A DNA stretch of 64,000 nt from Octopus vulgaris (GCA_951406725.2 OX597830.1:40052001-40116000); one strand, 5' to 3'. Positions 13,320-29,399 are shown, numbered from the stretch's first letter. Program-made: numbers and translations. The notes: a model not told the origin generated them from the letters alone.

Positions 13320-14444
13320 GTATGTATGTATGTATTATATATATATATACAATTGTATTTTCATCTGCTTCCAGTAATTTCCAATATCGAAAGTGTTACT
13401 GGAAGCATATACATGTGTGGGTGTGTATGCGTGTGTGCGTGTGTGCGTAGGCGCGTGCTTGTCTCTGTGTACTTGTGTTGTATTTGTCCTCTATGACCGC
13501 TTGATAAGCAGTATTGGTTGCTTCTGTCCTCATAACATTAGCGGTTCGGCAAAAGTAACCGACTGAATAAGTACCAAACTTCAACAAATTTTTAAAAAAT
13601 AAATACTGGGGTCGATCTTTTCGACTAAATCCCTTCAAGGTGATGCCCCAGCTTGGCCGCAGTCCAAAGAGTGAAAATAAGTCAAATATTAGCGATAATT
13701 CAAATGTCGTTCAAATGACAGCTTTTTACACTTTTCGAATCCAAGACGAAACAAAATGTCTTCATACACGAAACAAAATAAAAAAAAATTATGTCACAGT
13801 AACATAAAATCTTTAGAAAATAAAAAGTCACAGAAAAAGAAAGAGAAGAAAGTCTCAACGATGCATTTTTGGTTTATCGTTTAATTCAAAATTTCGAATA
13901 AAACGTGATTCTCTTTTTACGTACTTTAAATGCCATTGTGTTTTCATTGAAATATCACTGTTGTCATTGTGTGCAAGCCATGTATTGTTAGTTAATAAGT
14001 TAAATTACTTCTATTATTATCATTTATACTATTTAAATGAAATGTTATATTTTTTATAACTTCATTTTTTTTCTTTTACTTGTTACATTATTTCCGTTCA
14101 TCGCAATTTTCAGCCTTTCATTACAAAATTAATCATCCGAAATTTTACCATTAGTACTACAGAATCCTAAAGAATCGTCACGCCTTTCACGAAATAATTA
14201 CCAACGAATTAACTGTTAAATAGATTGTTAGATAATTGCTAAATGACTTATCACTACATTCTTTAACGAGTCATCTCTGCAATAGTTCAGTGTTCGTCAA
14301 CCGACGATGCGTAAACGGTGAAAAGTCAACGCATTCCTCATATACGTGTTCTTATAAATTCTTTGTGCTTGCAGTCAGTGATCAAAAACGAGAGATTTAT
14401 CAGTTTCATGCATGTACATAAGCGCTGCGAGTATATATATGTGT

Positions 14445-14630
14445 ATGTATGTATGTATGTATGTAAAACAGCCATGATATAGTAGCAAAATAACGTTATA
14501 TATATATTCATATACATATATATATATATATAGGAAAAAAGCAACAAGAATGGATTAAAATCTCGGTACAATCGTTTCGTACGAGGACATCTTTAATAAG
14601 CTACAAAAAATGCTACAAAAATGCTATATA

Positions 14631-14693
<63 letters not shown>

Positions 14694-14938
14694 ATCACAT
14701 GATCATGTGCCCGACCAGACCATCAGATGTTGTTACATATCGCTGGTCACAATGCGTTCGCATTGTTTTAGCCTTCGAATGACGCCACCCCGCTGATATA
14801 TATATATATATATATGGCCTGCTCGCTTAGCCAGCGGGGTGGCGTCATTCGAAGGCTAAAACAATGCAAACGCTGGTCACAATGCGTTCGCATTGTTTTA
14901 GCCTTCGAATGACGCCACCCCGCTGGCTAAGCGAGCAG

Positions 14939-14983
<45 letters not shown>

Positions 14984-15112
14984 CATTTTTGTAGCATTTT
15001 TTGTAGCTTATTAAAGATGTCCTCGTACGAAACGATTGTACCGAGATTTTAATCCATTCTTGTTGTATATGAATATATATATAACGTTATTTTGCTAATA
15101 TATCATGGCTGT

Positions 15113-15144
<32 letters not shown>

Positions 15145-15147
15145 CAT

Positions 15148-15150
<3 letters not shown>
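14445..15150. repeat. Nested fold-back (inverted duplication)
   Basis: 14542-14626 is the exact reverse complement of 14981-15065 (85 bp); outer arms 14445-14514 vs 15065-15150; inner palindrome 14815-14942. Confidence 0.9.
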
Positions 15151-15185
<35 letters not shown>

Positions 15186-15194
15186 CCACATACA

Positions 15195-15250
<56 letters not shown>

Positions 15251-15449
15251 CAAGGTGGCCCAAAAGTAGGTTTACAGTTATCACATAAGCACTTGAAATT
15301 TCTTTTAAAACATTTTATTACATTTAAATTTCTATCTTACAATTAACTAAATTAACATAGAATAATGGTTTCATATTATTTTATAATTAAGATATATGAA
15401 GGCGAAAGAGATAGTTGAATAACTATAAACCTACTTTTGGGCCACCCTA
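15251..15449. mobile_element. Tc1/mariner-type MITE
   Basis: About 29-bp TIRs caaggtggcccaaaagtaggtttacagtt / aactataaacctacttttgggccaccct, inserted in (TA)n. Confidence 0.85.
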
Positions 15450-15587
15450 TATATATATATAACGATATATACATACGTATGTATATATTCCTTCTTTCCT
15501 GAGCGTCCAATAATACTATATTTGTTCCACGTCCTCGCGTTGTTGTATTTTTTTGTGCTTTCTTGTTTGGATCAACTATATATATAA

Positions 15588-15650
<63 letters not shown>

Positions 15651-15804
15651 TACGCAAATATGCAAAGCGTACACGTGTATATTGGTGGTGTATCCTATTT
15701 GCACATAAGATATGTCATGTATGCCTAGTATAATAACAATGACAAACCATATTCCAATCTTACTTCTAGAAAAAGGCATACACACACAAACACACACACA
15801 CATG

Positions 15805-15870
<66 letters not shown>

Positions 15871-15873
15871 TAT

Positions 15874-15925
<52 letters not shown>

Positions 15926-16001
15926 GAGAATTCACAAACAAAAAAAGGTGGTGTAGACAACAAACAGATGTATTAGTATAACGCTCGGGAAGTGAAAAAA
16001 T

Positions 16002-16037
16002 CTTTAACGTTTCGAGCCTACGCTCTTCCACAGAAAG
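16002..16037 (-). ncRNA. Minimal hammerhead variant (CUGUGGA core)
   Basis: Minus: cttt-CTGTGGA-a-gagc(gtag)gctc-GAAA-cg-TT-aaag; perfect stems I and II, palindromic stem III. Confidence 0.65.
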
Positions 16038-16266
16038 GAACACGGAAAGAAACAAGGACAGAAAATAAAGAATGTGTAGTGACTAGCGATCTATCATGGC
16101 GAAGGCCGGACAGAAGGGTCATATATATTAGAAAATGTGTGAAATCTTTGGTACAGTTAGGTATATCTGAGAAAGGAAAAGAATGACTTCACTGGTAGTT
16201 CTAATCAATATAATTTTCTAATAATGTAATTATATTATTAGAAAATTAAATTCTTTTCCTTTCTCA

Positions 16267-16315
<49 letters not shown>

Positions 16316-16491
16316 TTATGTAAGACAATTAAAATGATCCCAGAACGTACCTATAGGAGATTGTTGGCCCTAACTAATCTTAGGTGCTCCTTGCAACTCG
16401 ATGGTATTAGCCTGAAGCCAGATTACAATCGAGTACGCGTACGGGACCCGCCTACATAATCTATCCTCATACGCATATCATTTGTGTGTGC

Positions 16492-16575
<84 letters not shown>

Positions 16576-17189
16576 AGACGAATTTTTAAATAGCATATAA
16601 GATAAATTCTTAAATTATTAAAATTATGTTTGTATCTGGAGAAGAGAGACAAACAACTGCGACTGATTCCGATCAAGAAAGGGAAATAATTTCAAGAATG
16701 AAGAATTATCCTGAATTTACATGCCATTACAATAAATAAAAACGGTCTAGTGTTTTCTGAAAACAAGATGACATATGGGAGCATACGTTTCAGCCTTAAT
16801 ATGAAACATCAGCTCACAGGTTGATTGATTGATTGATTGATTCTAGTTTCAGTTCACGAGCTGTGGCCATGCTGGGGCACCGCCATTTGGTGTTGCTACA
16901 TGGTTTTACTTCACGAATGCTTTTTAGCAACTGCCATTTGGTGCATGAGAGAGTTCGATGCAGCTGCCCTCATCTGCACCTCCTGCCGTGAAGTTGGTTC
17001 ATCTGGGACACCTGACAAGAAGAGATCCAGTTTCATTTTAAAGTTGTCCCAGTTTCACTCAGATATAAGACTTAGACATACAGAAAATATTCGTGGGCTT
17101 GAGTGATGTGCATATTTAGATGAAAATGTGATAAAATAAATGATTGGGAGTGGCTAGTGCCAGGAATTTGCATAAGCGAATCAATATTC

Positions 17190-17405
17190 TTTTCTACTCT
17201 AGGCACAAGGCCCGAAATTTTAGGGGAGGGGGGGCTAGTCGATTATATCGATCCTAGTACGCAACTGGTACTTAATTTATCGACACCGAAAGGATGAAAG
17301 GCAAAGTCGACCCCCGTGGAATTTTAATTCAGAACATAAAGACACACGAAGCACCACAAAGCATTTCGCCCAGCGTGCTAACGTTTCTGACAGCTCGCCA
17401 CCTTT
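17190..17405 (-). mobile_element. SINE family C, full length with TSD
   Basis: 17-bp TSD taagcgaatcaatattc (17173-17189, 17406-17422); core gcctttcatcctttcgg.gtcgataaattaagtacc resembles the Meta domain of MetaSINEs. Confidence 0.9.
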
Positions 17406-17894
17406 TAAGCGAATCAATATTCCATTACTTATCATGAAAGATATATTTATCTTGTTATTTTGGGCTCGATTCAGTTATTGGACTGCGGCCAAGCTGGGGC
17501 ACCGCCTCGAAGGTTTTAGTCGAACAAACCGACTCTAGTACTTATTTTCAGTTTAAGTATAGTACTTATTCTATCGTTCTCTTTTTGCCGGATCGGTAGG
17601 TCGCAGGATTCGTACAAAACTCCACCACCGAATTTCAAGCGTTGGTGAGGGATAAATACAGCAATAAAACACACACAAACACACACAGATATATATACAT
17701 ACATACACACTTATATATACCCGCATATATATGTCTATACATATATACTTATATATACATATATACATATATATATTATATTACACACACATACACATAC
17801 ACAAACATATCTGTATATGCATATATATATATATGTATATATGTATGTATGTATGTATGTGTGTGTATGTATATGTATATATATATATATATAT

Positions 17895-17995
<101 letters not shown>

Positions 17996-18124
17996 CATAC
18001 ATATATATATAGTTGAAATTTAAAGAAAAACAAAAGACGAAGACAAGTGTATGAACAACACAAACAGGTGTATTAATTTGACGCTCGGGAAAGTGAGGAA
18101 ATCTCATATATATATATATGTGTG

Positions 18125-18181
<57 letters not shown>

Positions 18182-18571
18182 CGCTGGGCTCCTTTTAGTT
18201 TCCGTCTTCCAAATCCTTGCAAAAGAATTTGGTCGGCCTGCGGCCAGAATGGAATATACTAGCACAAAATACCACGCAGAAGGACTGTACCCATGACCAT
18301 GAGATTTATTGGAATTATCTTCGCTTATAAAGTCTGTGATAAACGGTTTGGTTGCAATTGTAACTGAATCCAAGAGAGAAGAGAAGATAATTGCAAAAAT
18401 CCCAAGAATTCTCCCAAAAAGAACTTAAATGACATTGAAGAAAAGCCAGTCGGTTTTTCTGCAAATAAATAGGATAGATGATTGCATGTGTTTCTACCTC
18501 GGTCAGCGTCATCAGCTTAATTGTAGCAGACATAACATTTTGACATGTATGTACGTACGTTTGTATGTATT

Positions 18572-18605
<34 letters not shown>

Positions 18606-18674
18606 TGTATGTATGTATGTATTTGTGCGTATGTATGTATGTATGTATGTATATATGTATGTATGTATGTATGT

Positions 18675-19052
18675 AATTATTCAGTTTATTTCAATATTTC
18701 TTGCCAAAAGAGAAAGAACCGGTTTCTAACCTAGATCCAAGGCTCCTTCATTAGAATTTCAACATCAACAACAGGATTTTTTGTTTGTTTGTTTGTTTTT
18801 ATGTATGTATGTATGTTGTATGTATGTACGTATGCACGTATGTATGTATGTATGTATGTATGTATGTATGTATGTATGTATGTATGTATGTATGTATGAA
18901 TGAATGTATGTGCGTGCAGGTTTGTATGTTTTATGCATGTATTCTCATGCATATAGTTGCATATCTAGACATGCTCATGTATGTTTAAATGATAAACTTA
19001 TGCAAAGTTTTACAGATTTTTACATTTCCAGTGATGGATTGGATCTGTAGTC
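18675..19052 (-). mobile_element. Second 3' end of the RLE (R4/Dong-like) LINE, with an expanded (TACA)n
   Basis: Reverse-complement homologue of 8738-8983 (LQIQSITGNVKICKTLHKFII*, then ...gaaattctaatgaaggagccttggatctaggttag...), running into (TACA)n. Confidence 0.7.
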
Positions 19053-19316
19053 AATGAACTGTATGTTTCCAAGAACGCAAGTATGCAAGTATGTATTTAC
19101 GTGGGTATACATGTATGTATGCATGTATGTAAGTATATACGAATGAATGCGTGCATGTATGTATGTATGTATGTATGTATGTATGTATGTATGTATGTAT
19201 GTATGTATGTATGTATGTATGCATGTATGTATGTATGTATGTTAAATTCGGCTTACGTTGAAAATCAACAAAGGAAGATTGCTTTAGAAGCATTGAGGTG
19301 TATTGAAAGATACAGG

Positions 19317-19451
19317 TAAGGAAACAATTTTATTCTCAAACGCAGGATAATGCTAATAGTATAGCATGAACAGGATAAACTATCCATATTTTGGTAGAAA
19401 AATCTGTCGGCGGAGTATCACCCTGCGTTTGAGAATAAAATTATTTCCTTA
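19317..19451. repeat. 30-bp inverted repeat (MITE-like or fold-back)
   Basis: taaggaaacaattttattctcaaacgcagg (19317-19346) vs 19422-19451, one mismatch. Confidence 0.8.
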
Positions 19452-19454
19452 TAT

Positions 19455-19511
19455 GTATGCATGCATGTATGTATGTATGTATGTATGTATGTATGTATGT
19501 ATGTATGTATG

Positions 19512-19542
<31 letters not shown>

Positions 19543-19599
19543 GTATGTATGTATGTGTGTATGTATGTATGTACGTATGTACGTATGTATGCATGTATG

Positions 19600-19630
<31 letters not shown>

Positions 19631-19739
19631 GTATGTATGTATGTGTGTATGTATGTATGTACGTATGTACGTATGTACGTATGTATGTATGTATGTATGT
19701 ATGTATGCATGTATGTATGTATGTATGTATGTATGTAAG

Positions 19740-19770
<31 letters not shown>

Positions 19771-19885
19771 GTATGTATGTATGTGTGTATGTATGTATGT
19801 ATGTATGTATGTATGTACGTATGTATGTATGTATGTATGTATGTATGTATGTATGTATGTATGTATGTATGTATGTATGTATGTG
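19455..19885. repeat. (ATGT)n microsatellite
   Basis: Directly visible. Confidence 0.95.
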
Positions 19886-20005
19886 TATGTATTTATGTAT
19901 ATGTGTGTGTATATTTGTACATGAAGTAAAACGTTCTCGAGATGAAACATTTCAAATATAAAATATGTGATCCAAACTCTGTGACTAAGGAGCTGTACCA
20001 TCATG

Positions 20006-20111
<106 letters not shown>

Positions 20112-20306
20112 CATACATACATACATATATATATATATATGTATGTATGTATATATATATATATATAAGAATGTACGTATGCAAATACATGCATTTGTGT
20201 GTGCATGTGTGTGTATAATGTGTGTGAATATATACACATATATATATAGAGAGAGAGAGAAAGAGAGGGAGAGCGAGAAAGAAGGAGATAATGATGGAAA
20301 TAAACA

Positions 20307-20367
<61 letters not shown>

Positions 20368-20758
20368 GGGAGTGAAACGAAAACGGAAAATATTGAAATC
20401 AAATTTCAGGTATAAGCATATAGATATTTATGCATTAACAGAACAGAATTATATGGAGTACAAAAATATATTGCCACTCCTTACCCCATCGACATAGTCC
20501 TCAATGAAGATTTTGGAGTTCAAATCATCTGAGCATTACTACGTGTTTTGTATACTGAGCATCTCTGGATCTCACCTGTTGACTATATACATATATATAT
20601 ATAACACAAATTTGCGTCAGCTGACCTTTCTATGTTTTATACCTGCCAACTGGAAGTTCGTGGATCTGGTTACAGGCCCATGCTATTCTGTTTCTACAAA
20701 AAGCAGCATACACCACTTACTCTTGCCCTTTGCACTGTTCCACATGAATGTATGTGCG

Positions 20759-20793
<35 letters not shown>

Positions 20794-21092
20794 CATGTAA
20801 AATTTTGAAGCGTTGAATGTGTTGGTGTTTTACAGACAAGAAGGTAAATTTCGAATTCTGTGTAGCTATGAAAACAGCAGAGAAAGACTGGTTGTTTACC
20901 CATATAATAAGGAAAACATTTGTCAATAGGCAGCTACGGGAATCGAACCCAGTATCCTTCAAATACCGGCTGAGGGCTCTATAAGCGTCTTTGTTTTTCA
21001 TGTCGAGTTACAATAAAATCAATTTTACATTAAACTGGAGGATTACTCAATACGTTTTGTAGAGCACATGTTATAGTTTAGCCAGAATAGTT

Positions 21093-21150
21093 TGACTTCG
21101 AAGTTTCGGCCTGCTTATCCCTCATCGGACAGTCCGAAACTTCGAAGTCA
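21093..21150. repeat. Hairpin built from hammerhead halves
   Basis: tgacttcgaagtttcgg / ccgaaacttcgaagtca (17 bp); minus strand reads CCGATGA...ccGAAActtcgaaGTC. Confidence 0.65.
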
Positions 21151-21525
21151 CTACCAATACAACTCTTGTTAAAGAATAATGTAAACAGGTATGTGTATAT
21201 GTAAATGTGTATGTCTGTCTGTGTTTCCATATGAGTATATATGTATGTATACGTGTATGTATGTTGTGTGTGTATGCAGTTGTGTGTGTGCGTGTTTTAA
21301 AGTGAAGTGAATTTGTGAACACCGAATATTTATTGGCTGGGGGGGGGGGGTACAACACTGAATACAAAATCAAATTTATCATAAAACTCATGATGAGTTC
21401 TATTTTCAAGTTACGCTGGACGGCATATTCAGTCATTCCGGCTACATAGGCCAAATGGTCAAATCGAATTTATTACATATATATATACATAAACATGCAT
21501 GTGTGTGTGTGTGCATGTTTGTGAC

Positions 21526-21575
<50 letters not shown>

Positions 21576-21850
21576 ACATATATATGTATGTATATATTTA
21601 TGCATACATATATATGCATCCATATATATGTGCATATATATATACATATACACATGCATATATATATAGATAGAGAGAGGCATGCACATATATATATATA
21701 TGTATGGATATATGTATATATACATATGAATATATATGTGTGTATATTTATATATATATATATGTATGTATATATGTATGCATATATATATATATGTATA
21801 TATATGTATATATACATACGTATATAAATATGTATATATACATATGTGTA

Positions 21851-21928
<78 letters not shown>

Positions 21929-22343
21929 TACGTCACCTGCATATACCTGACTTGTGTGCAAATATGTATCTTTGTGATGAAAGATGTCTTTGTAAAGGAA
22001 GCAACACGGTCGTTTGCATGTGTGTGTGTGTGTGTGGCTGAGGAATTCCCGCCCCCCAAAAAATGAAACAAAAAGAAATAATTACACCAAATTTCAAATT
22101 ATACTTACCTCGATGTGTTGTCAATGCTAGATCTCTCCTCTTCTACACCGTATGTGTTTCAACGAAATGCTATCTCCTGCTCAGTATATGTGTCTCGGTG
22201 ATAGGTATATTCTCTCCTACACTGTCAATGCGTCAATGTTAGATGTGCTCTCTCTGTTTCTCTCCTACACTGCTGCACGAGTTCAGTGATAGATATATCC
22301 TCACCGTCTCTCGTCTCATCTCACTCTTCCTCTCTCTCTTCTC

Positions 22344-22389
<46 letters not shown>

Positions 22390-22864
22390 TCTCACTCACT
22401 GCACCGCGTATGTGGGTTCAATGATAGATCTGTAGGTATTCAGTGATAGGTCTATCCCCCTTTACTGCTAATCGTTACTCTGACTTGGTGTCTCACTCTA
22501 GTCAGCTGCATCATTCCTCGAATTTTGATTCCACCTTCACCACTACCACTACCACAAACACCGCCGCCAACGCCGCCACCATCATATCATCGTCATCATC
22601 ATCATCATCGTCATCGTCATCATCATTATTATTTTAATAATTATGGTTGTTGTAGATGTTTAACCCCCAGATCAGTTTGACTGAATAAAACTATGATCAA
22701 AGACGTTTGTTATTCCTGTTGTTGCTGCTGTTGCTGAAAAGGAGGAGGGGAGGGGAGAGAAAGTTGAAGTTATGACGGAGTACCAGTAATATTCTCTTGA
22801 TGAAGATATATATATATGTATATATATATATGTATATATATAAATATATATATATGTATGTATG

Positions 22865-22924
<60 letters not shown>

Positions 22925-22995
22925 CATGTATATATATATACATATATATATATATATGTATTAAACATATATCATATATGTATTACATATATATT

Positions 22996-23045
<50 letters not shown>

Positions 23046-23068
23046 TGTGTATATATGTATATTTTTAT

Positions 23069-23099
<31 letters not shown>

Positions 23100-23206
23100 T
23101 GTATATATATATGTGTGTGTGTGCGCGCGTGCTTATGTATATATATATACCTATATATTTATAAGTATATATATACATATATGTATATGTACATATATAT
23201 GTGTAT

Positions 23207-23281
<75 letters not shown>

Positions 23282-23411
23282 AGTATATATATATGTATCA
23301 ATATATATATATATATATATCTTTATATATATCTATATATATGTATGTATATATATATACATATATATATATATGTCTTTATATAGATAGATAGACAGAC
23401 AGACATACATC

Positions 23412-23538
<127 letters not shown>

Positions 23539-24330
23539 ATGGGTGATATAATATAGCAGGTGGCAATACTTTGCAAAGAACCGATTTGATTGTCAAACCC
23601 GTTTAAAACGTTATTTGTCTCCCCCACCACCTCCCCACACCTCATTTTTTTTCACACCCTCTCTTTATCTCATTATATCTTTTTTTTTACAATTCTATAT
23701 CTTTTTTTTACATTTCTCTCTCATCCCCAATCCTTCCACTCAATACTCCTTCACACACACACACACACTCGCTCACTTTCTCTTTACTTAATTCTCTATA
23801 TTTATTAGTCTTTCTATCTCCCTCCCTCTCTAGTTCTCCCTTTCTTTCCCTCTCCTCTCTTTCTCTCCTCTTCTCTCTTTCTATTTCTCTCTCCCTTTTC
23901 CTTACCATTTCTCTTATTCTCTATTTCCCTTTCCACTCTCACTCTCCCTTTTTTGCTCTCTCTCTCTTTATTCCTGCCTCTTTTCTTACTCTCCAAACAC
24001 CCCTACATAATCAACTCCCTTTCTCTCTCTCTCTCTCTCACTCTCTCTCTCTCTGTTTCTTTCCTTTTCCCTCTCCCTCTCTCACTCCCTCGCTCCTGTC
24101 TCTCTCTCTCTCTTTCTTTCTCACTCTTGCTCACTACCTCACTGCCGTCTCTCTCTCCCTCACACACACACGCGCGCCTTTCTAGAAGTATACACTCCGC
24201 GACCATCCCCACACAACTAATCACACGTACCTACCTAACTACATATATACGTACGTACATACATGCATTCTTACATACATATGTATCTGTTCATATATTT
24301 ATTTGTATGAGTGTGTACATATGAATAAGC

Positions 24331-24374
<44 letters not shown>

Positions 24375-24418
24375 ATGTATATATGTATATATGTATGTAT
24401 GCGTGTGTACATGTAAAA

Positions 24419-24465
<47 letters not shown>

Positions 24466-24648
24466 ATATATACATATACACATATACATATATATGTATA
24501 CATAAATATATATTTGTATATATGTAGATATATTGATATATAGATATATAGATATATATACATACATACACACACATGTAATACTAATTCTCTTTTTGCC
24601 TCCAACCCTCTCCTCGTTTCACTGTTTTTCTCTTCCCCATCCCACCCT

Positions 24649-24694
<46 letters not shown>

Positions 24695-25117
24695 TCTTTG
24701 CGTAACACACTTGCCGTATTGATTATAGAACTTAATAGGTGACGGAAGAGCAAAAAAAAGACAAAGACAAAAATGCAGTTTAAAGGAATTTAAAAAAACA
24801 ATTCAAAGAAATCAGGGAAAGAGAAAAATAGAGAAAAAGCAGGCGTGTAACTGTGTGTATATCTGTGTGCGCGTCTGTGTGTATGTGTGTGTGCAGGTGT
24901 GTGTGCGCATATACAAATTCTACACGCTACCTTTCTATTTACATGCATATACAAGTAGGTAGATAGATACATACATACATGCATATATATACATATAAAC
25001 ATCTACATACACAGACACATACACATTATATATATATAATATATGTATTGTATGCATGTATGTATGTATGAATGTATGTTTGTATGTATATGTATATATG
25101 AACTTTATACTATCTTC

Positions 25118-25201
<84 letters not shown>

Positions 25202-25386
25202 AGTATATGCATAAATATATACATAAGCACACATACACACATAGGCATAGACACCCATATATAATACATACATAAAGTTGAATATAGTATATTTGTAAGT
25301 GTATGTGTATATATATATATATGGGTGTGTATATATATATAAATATATTTATATATATATATATATATATACATACACATACATAT

Positions 25387-25457
<71 letters not shown>

Positions 25458-25459
25458 CA

Positions 25460-25519
<60 letters not shown>

Positions 25520-25609
25520 CCGTATGCATGTAGTGTAACCAGAAGCAAAAATGAGTTTGTACGATAGACGGGAAATGAGAAAAAAAGCAGGAGAGCAAAC
25601 GATAGAGAA

Positions 25610-26920
<1,311 letters not shown>

Positions 26921-27319
26921 TGACAATTACATATTAAGAAAATCTAGATGAAGGAATATGATGGGGAGTAAATGTTGTTGGTGCAACGTGAAACATAAAT
27001 GAATGAAAAATAGAAATGCAGATGAAATTATCCGCGTTCAGCTCCACCGCCACGCCTCGCTTCCTTTAGCAAATTGAAAAACAAGAGAGAAAAAGAGAGG
27101 GGCTGAGATGTGTAACGCTTTTTCCTTCTTGTAATTTTTTTGTTTGTTTGCGTATTATTTTATTTTTTATTTCTTTTGTATTTTATTGTTTTGTTTTAAT
27201 GAATATTTGTTGAGCAGATAAACAGTGAGTGGGAGGTGTGAATCAACATATATATATATATATATACATACGTCTGTATGTATGTATCTGTATATATACG
27301 TATATATGTGTTTATATAT

Positions 27320-27381
<62 letters not shown>

Positions 27382-27518
27382 GTATGTATATATGTATATA
27401 TATATATCCATTCGTACCTAATATATATACAAAACACGCATATAATACACAAAAAATATTTGTACACCTACATTATATAATATATATATATATGTATGCA
27501 TGTATGTATGCATGTATA

Positions 27519-27572
<54 letters not shown>

Positions 27573-27615
27573 TTGCACATATCAATTAATATGTAAACAT
27601 GTAAACACACAAATG

Positions 27616-27658
<43 letters not shown>

Positions 27659-27706
27659 ACATGTATATACAGTGAGAGAGAAATACAAACATTCCTTCTA
27701 GATAGG

Positions 27707-27781
<75 letters not shown>

Positions 27782-28954
27782 TTAAGACTGCGTATGTCTT
27801 GCATGTGACGGGTGTAACTGCTTTTATTTTTTCACCTTAAATATCTGCGTGTCTATGTATATGTATATGCACATATATACATATGTGTGTGCGCGTGTAG
27901 GTATACATATGTGTGTATGTATTTGAATGCATGCATGTATATACATATATATATATGCATATATTTACATATATATACACATTCATATACATATATATAT
28001 ATATGTCTGTGTGTGTGTCTGTGTGTATATAAATATACACACATGCACATGCATATACGCACGCACATATATACAGAGAGAAAGAAAGACAGAGAGGGAG
28101 GCGGAGACGGATTCGACTATAAGTGAAACTTTGAACTTTGTTAATGAAATAACTAAAAAGATATCTCACTCCATACCTAGTAATATCTACATTCTGCTAA
28201 TAAATATTTACCGTTTTTATATGCTTGTATGTGTTTGTGTATGTTTATAGCCAACAGAAATCGGTGAACATTCATTTTATTAACACGATGCTGAAACCTG
28301 ACACCCATCTTCGATTCCGAGTCTGTTCCAATATTACATTTTTGCAATTATTAATTTAATTTCTTCATGTCGAAAACGTTAAAGCAATTTCGCAAAAGGT
28401 GTTACAATTTACTCCTGCATGTTTTAACGGAATGGCGCAATCGATAGAGCACCGGTAAAAATACATTGAAGTGTAATTAGTTACGTCCGTTTACGTTCGG
28501 CGTTTAAATGGGGATATCTTCGATTTCGTTCATTCATCTTCTCGGAGTCAGCAAAATATATCCCTATTTAGAACTGGAATTGATTTACTTGAGTTCCCCC
28601 CACAACCACCACTATCAGTCACTTTATATAGTTTTGTGTCTATATGATAAAACATTATAATTTCTTTCCATCCAAGACATTGGTGCATGTCTTTGACATG
28701 CAATTTTCTTAAAATCTCAAGCAATTTTGCGAGAATTGTTTCCTTTTTTTTTAAACATAGGCACATCATCACAAATCCTTGAAAATACGGTGAGGGATGT
28801 AGTCAGTTTAAACGACCCTCGCGTTTTTTGACTGATGCTTATTTTATCGATCTTAGGAGAATGAAAAGCTACGTCGACAAACTGGCATTGGGTCGGCAGA
28901 ATTCTAGGAGTGCTAAATAAAATGGTTAATCCATATTCCTCCGTAGAGAGCATC

Positions 28955-29170
28955 GAGTCGGTTGCCCTTTTCCATGGCATATATATTCCCCACCTGGACG
29001 GGACGCCAGTCCATCGCAGCGTTACTCAGTTTTACCAGGTGAGTGAACTGAAGCAACGTGAAATGAAGTGTTTTGCTCAAGAACACAACGCATGGCCCGG
29101 TCCAGGAATCGAAACCACAACCTTACGATCAAGAGTCCAATACCCTAACTACTAAGCCATACGCCTCCAC
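28955..29170 (-). mobile_element. tRNA-derived SINE, family D
   Basis: Head gtggaggcgtatggcttagtagttaggg...ggtttcgattcctggaccggg; homologous to 52215-52430 and 51564-51830. Confidence 0.8.
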
Positions 29171-29399
29171 AAACGCCTTATAGTATTTGCTCTGGCGTTC
29201 TATGTTCTGATTTCAAGTATTGCTGAAACCAAATTTACCTTCTATCTTTCCAGGGTTCGGTAAAATTAAAGTATCGTAGAAACACTCGGGACGATTTAAC
29301 CACTTAACCCTCTACAATTAAACGTCTGGCCTTGAGCCTATAATAGAAACAAGAAAGAACAATGGACTGACAAACTCGTTAAGAAACTCGGAAAAATGC

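Noticed and set aside
16779-16815. Minus-strand gag-CTGATGT...GAAACGTA-tgctc
   Set aside because: Core and stem II broken; too degenerate to call
18480-18520. Minus-strand CTGATGA-14 nt-GAAAC
   Set aside because: Stems I and II do not pair and U16.1 is absent; at best a dead HHR relic
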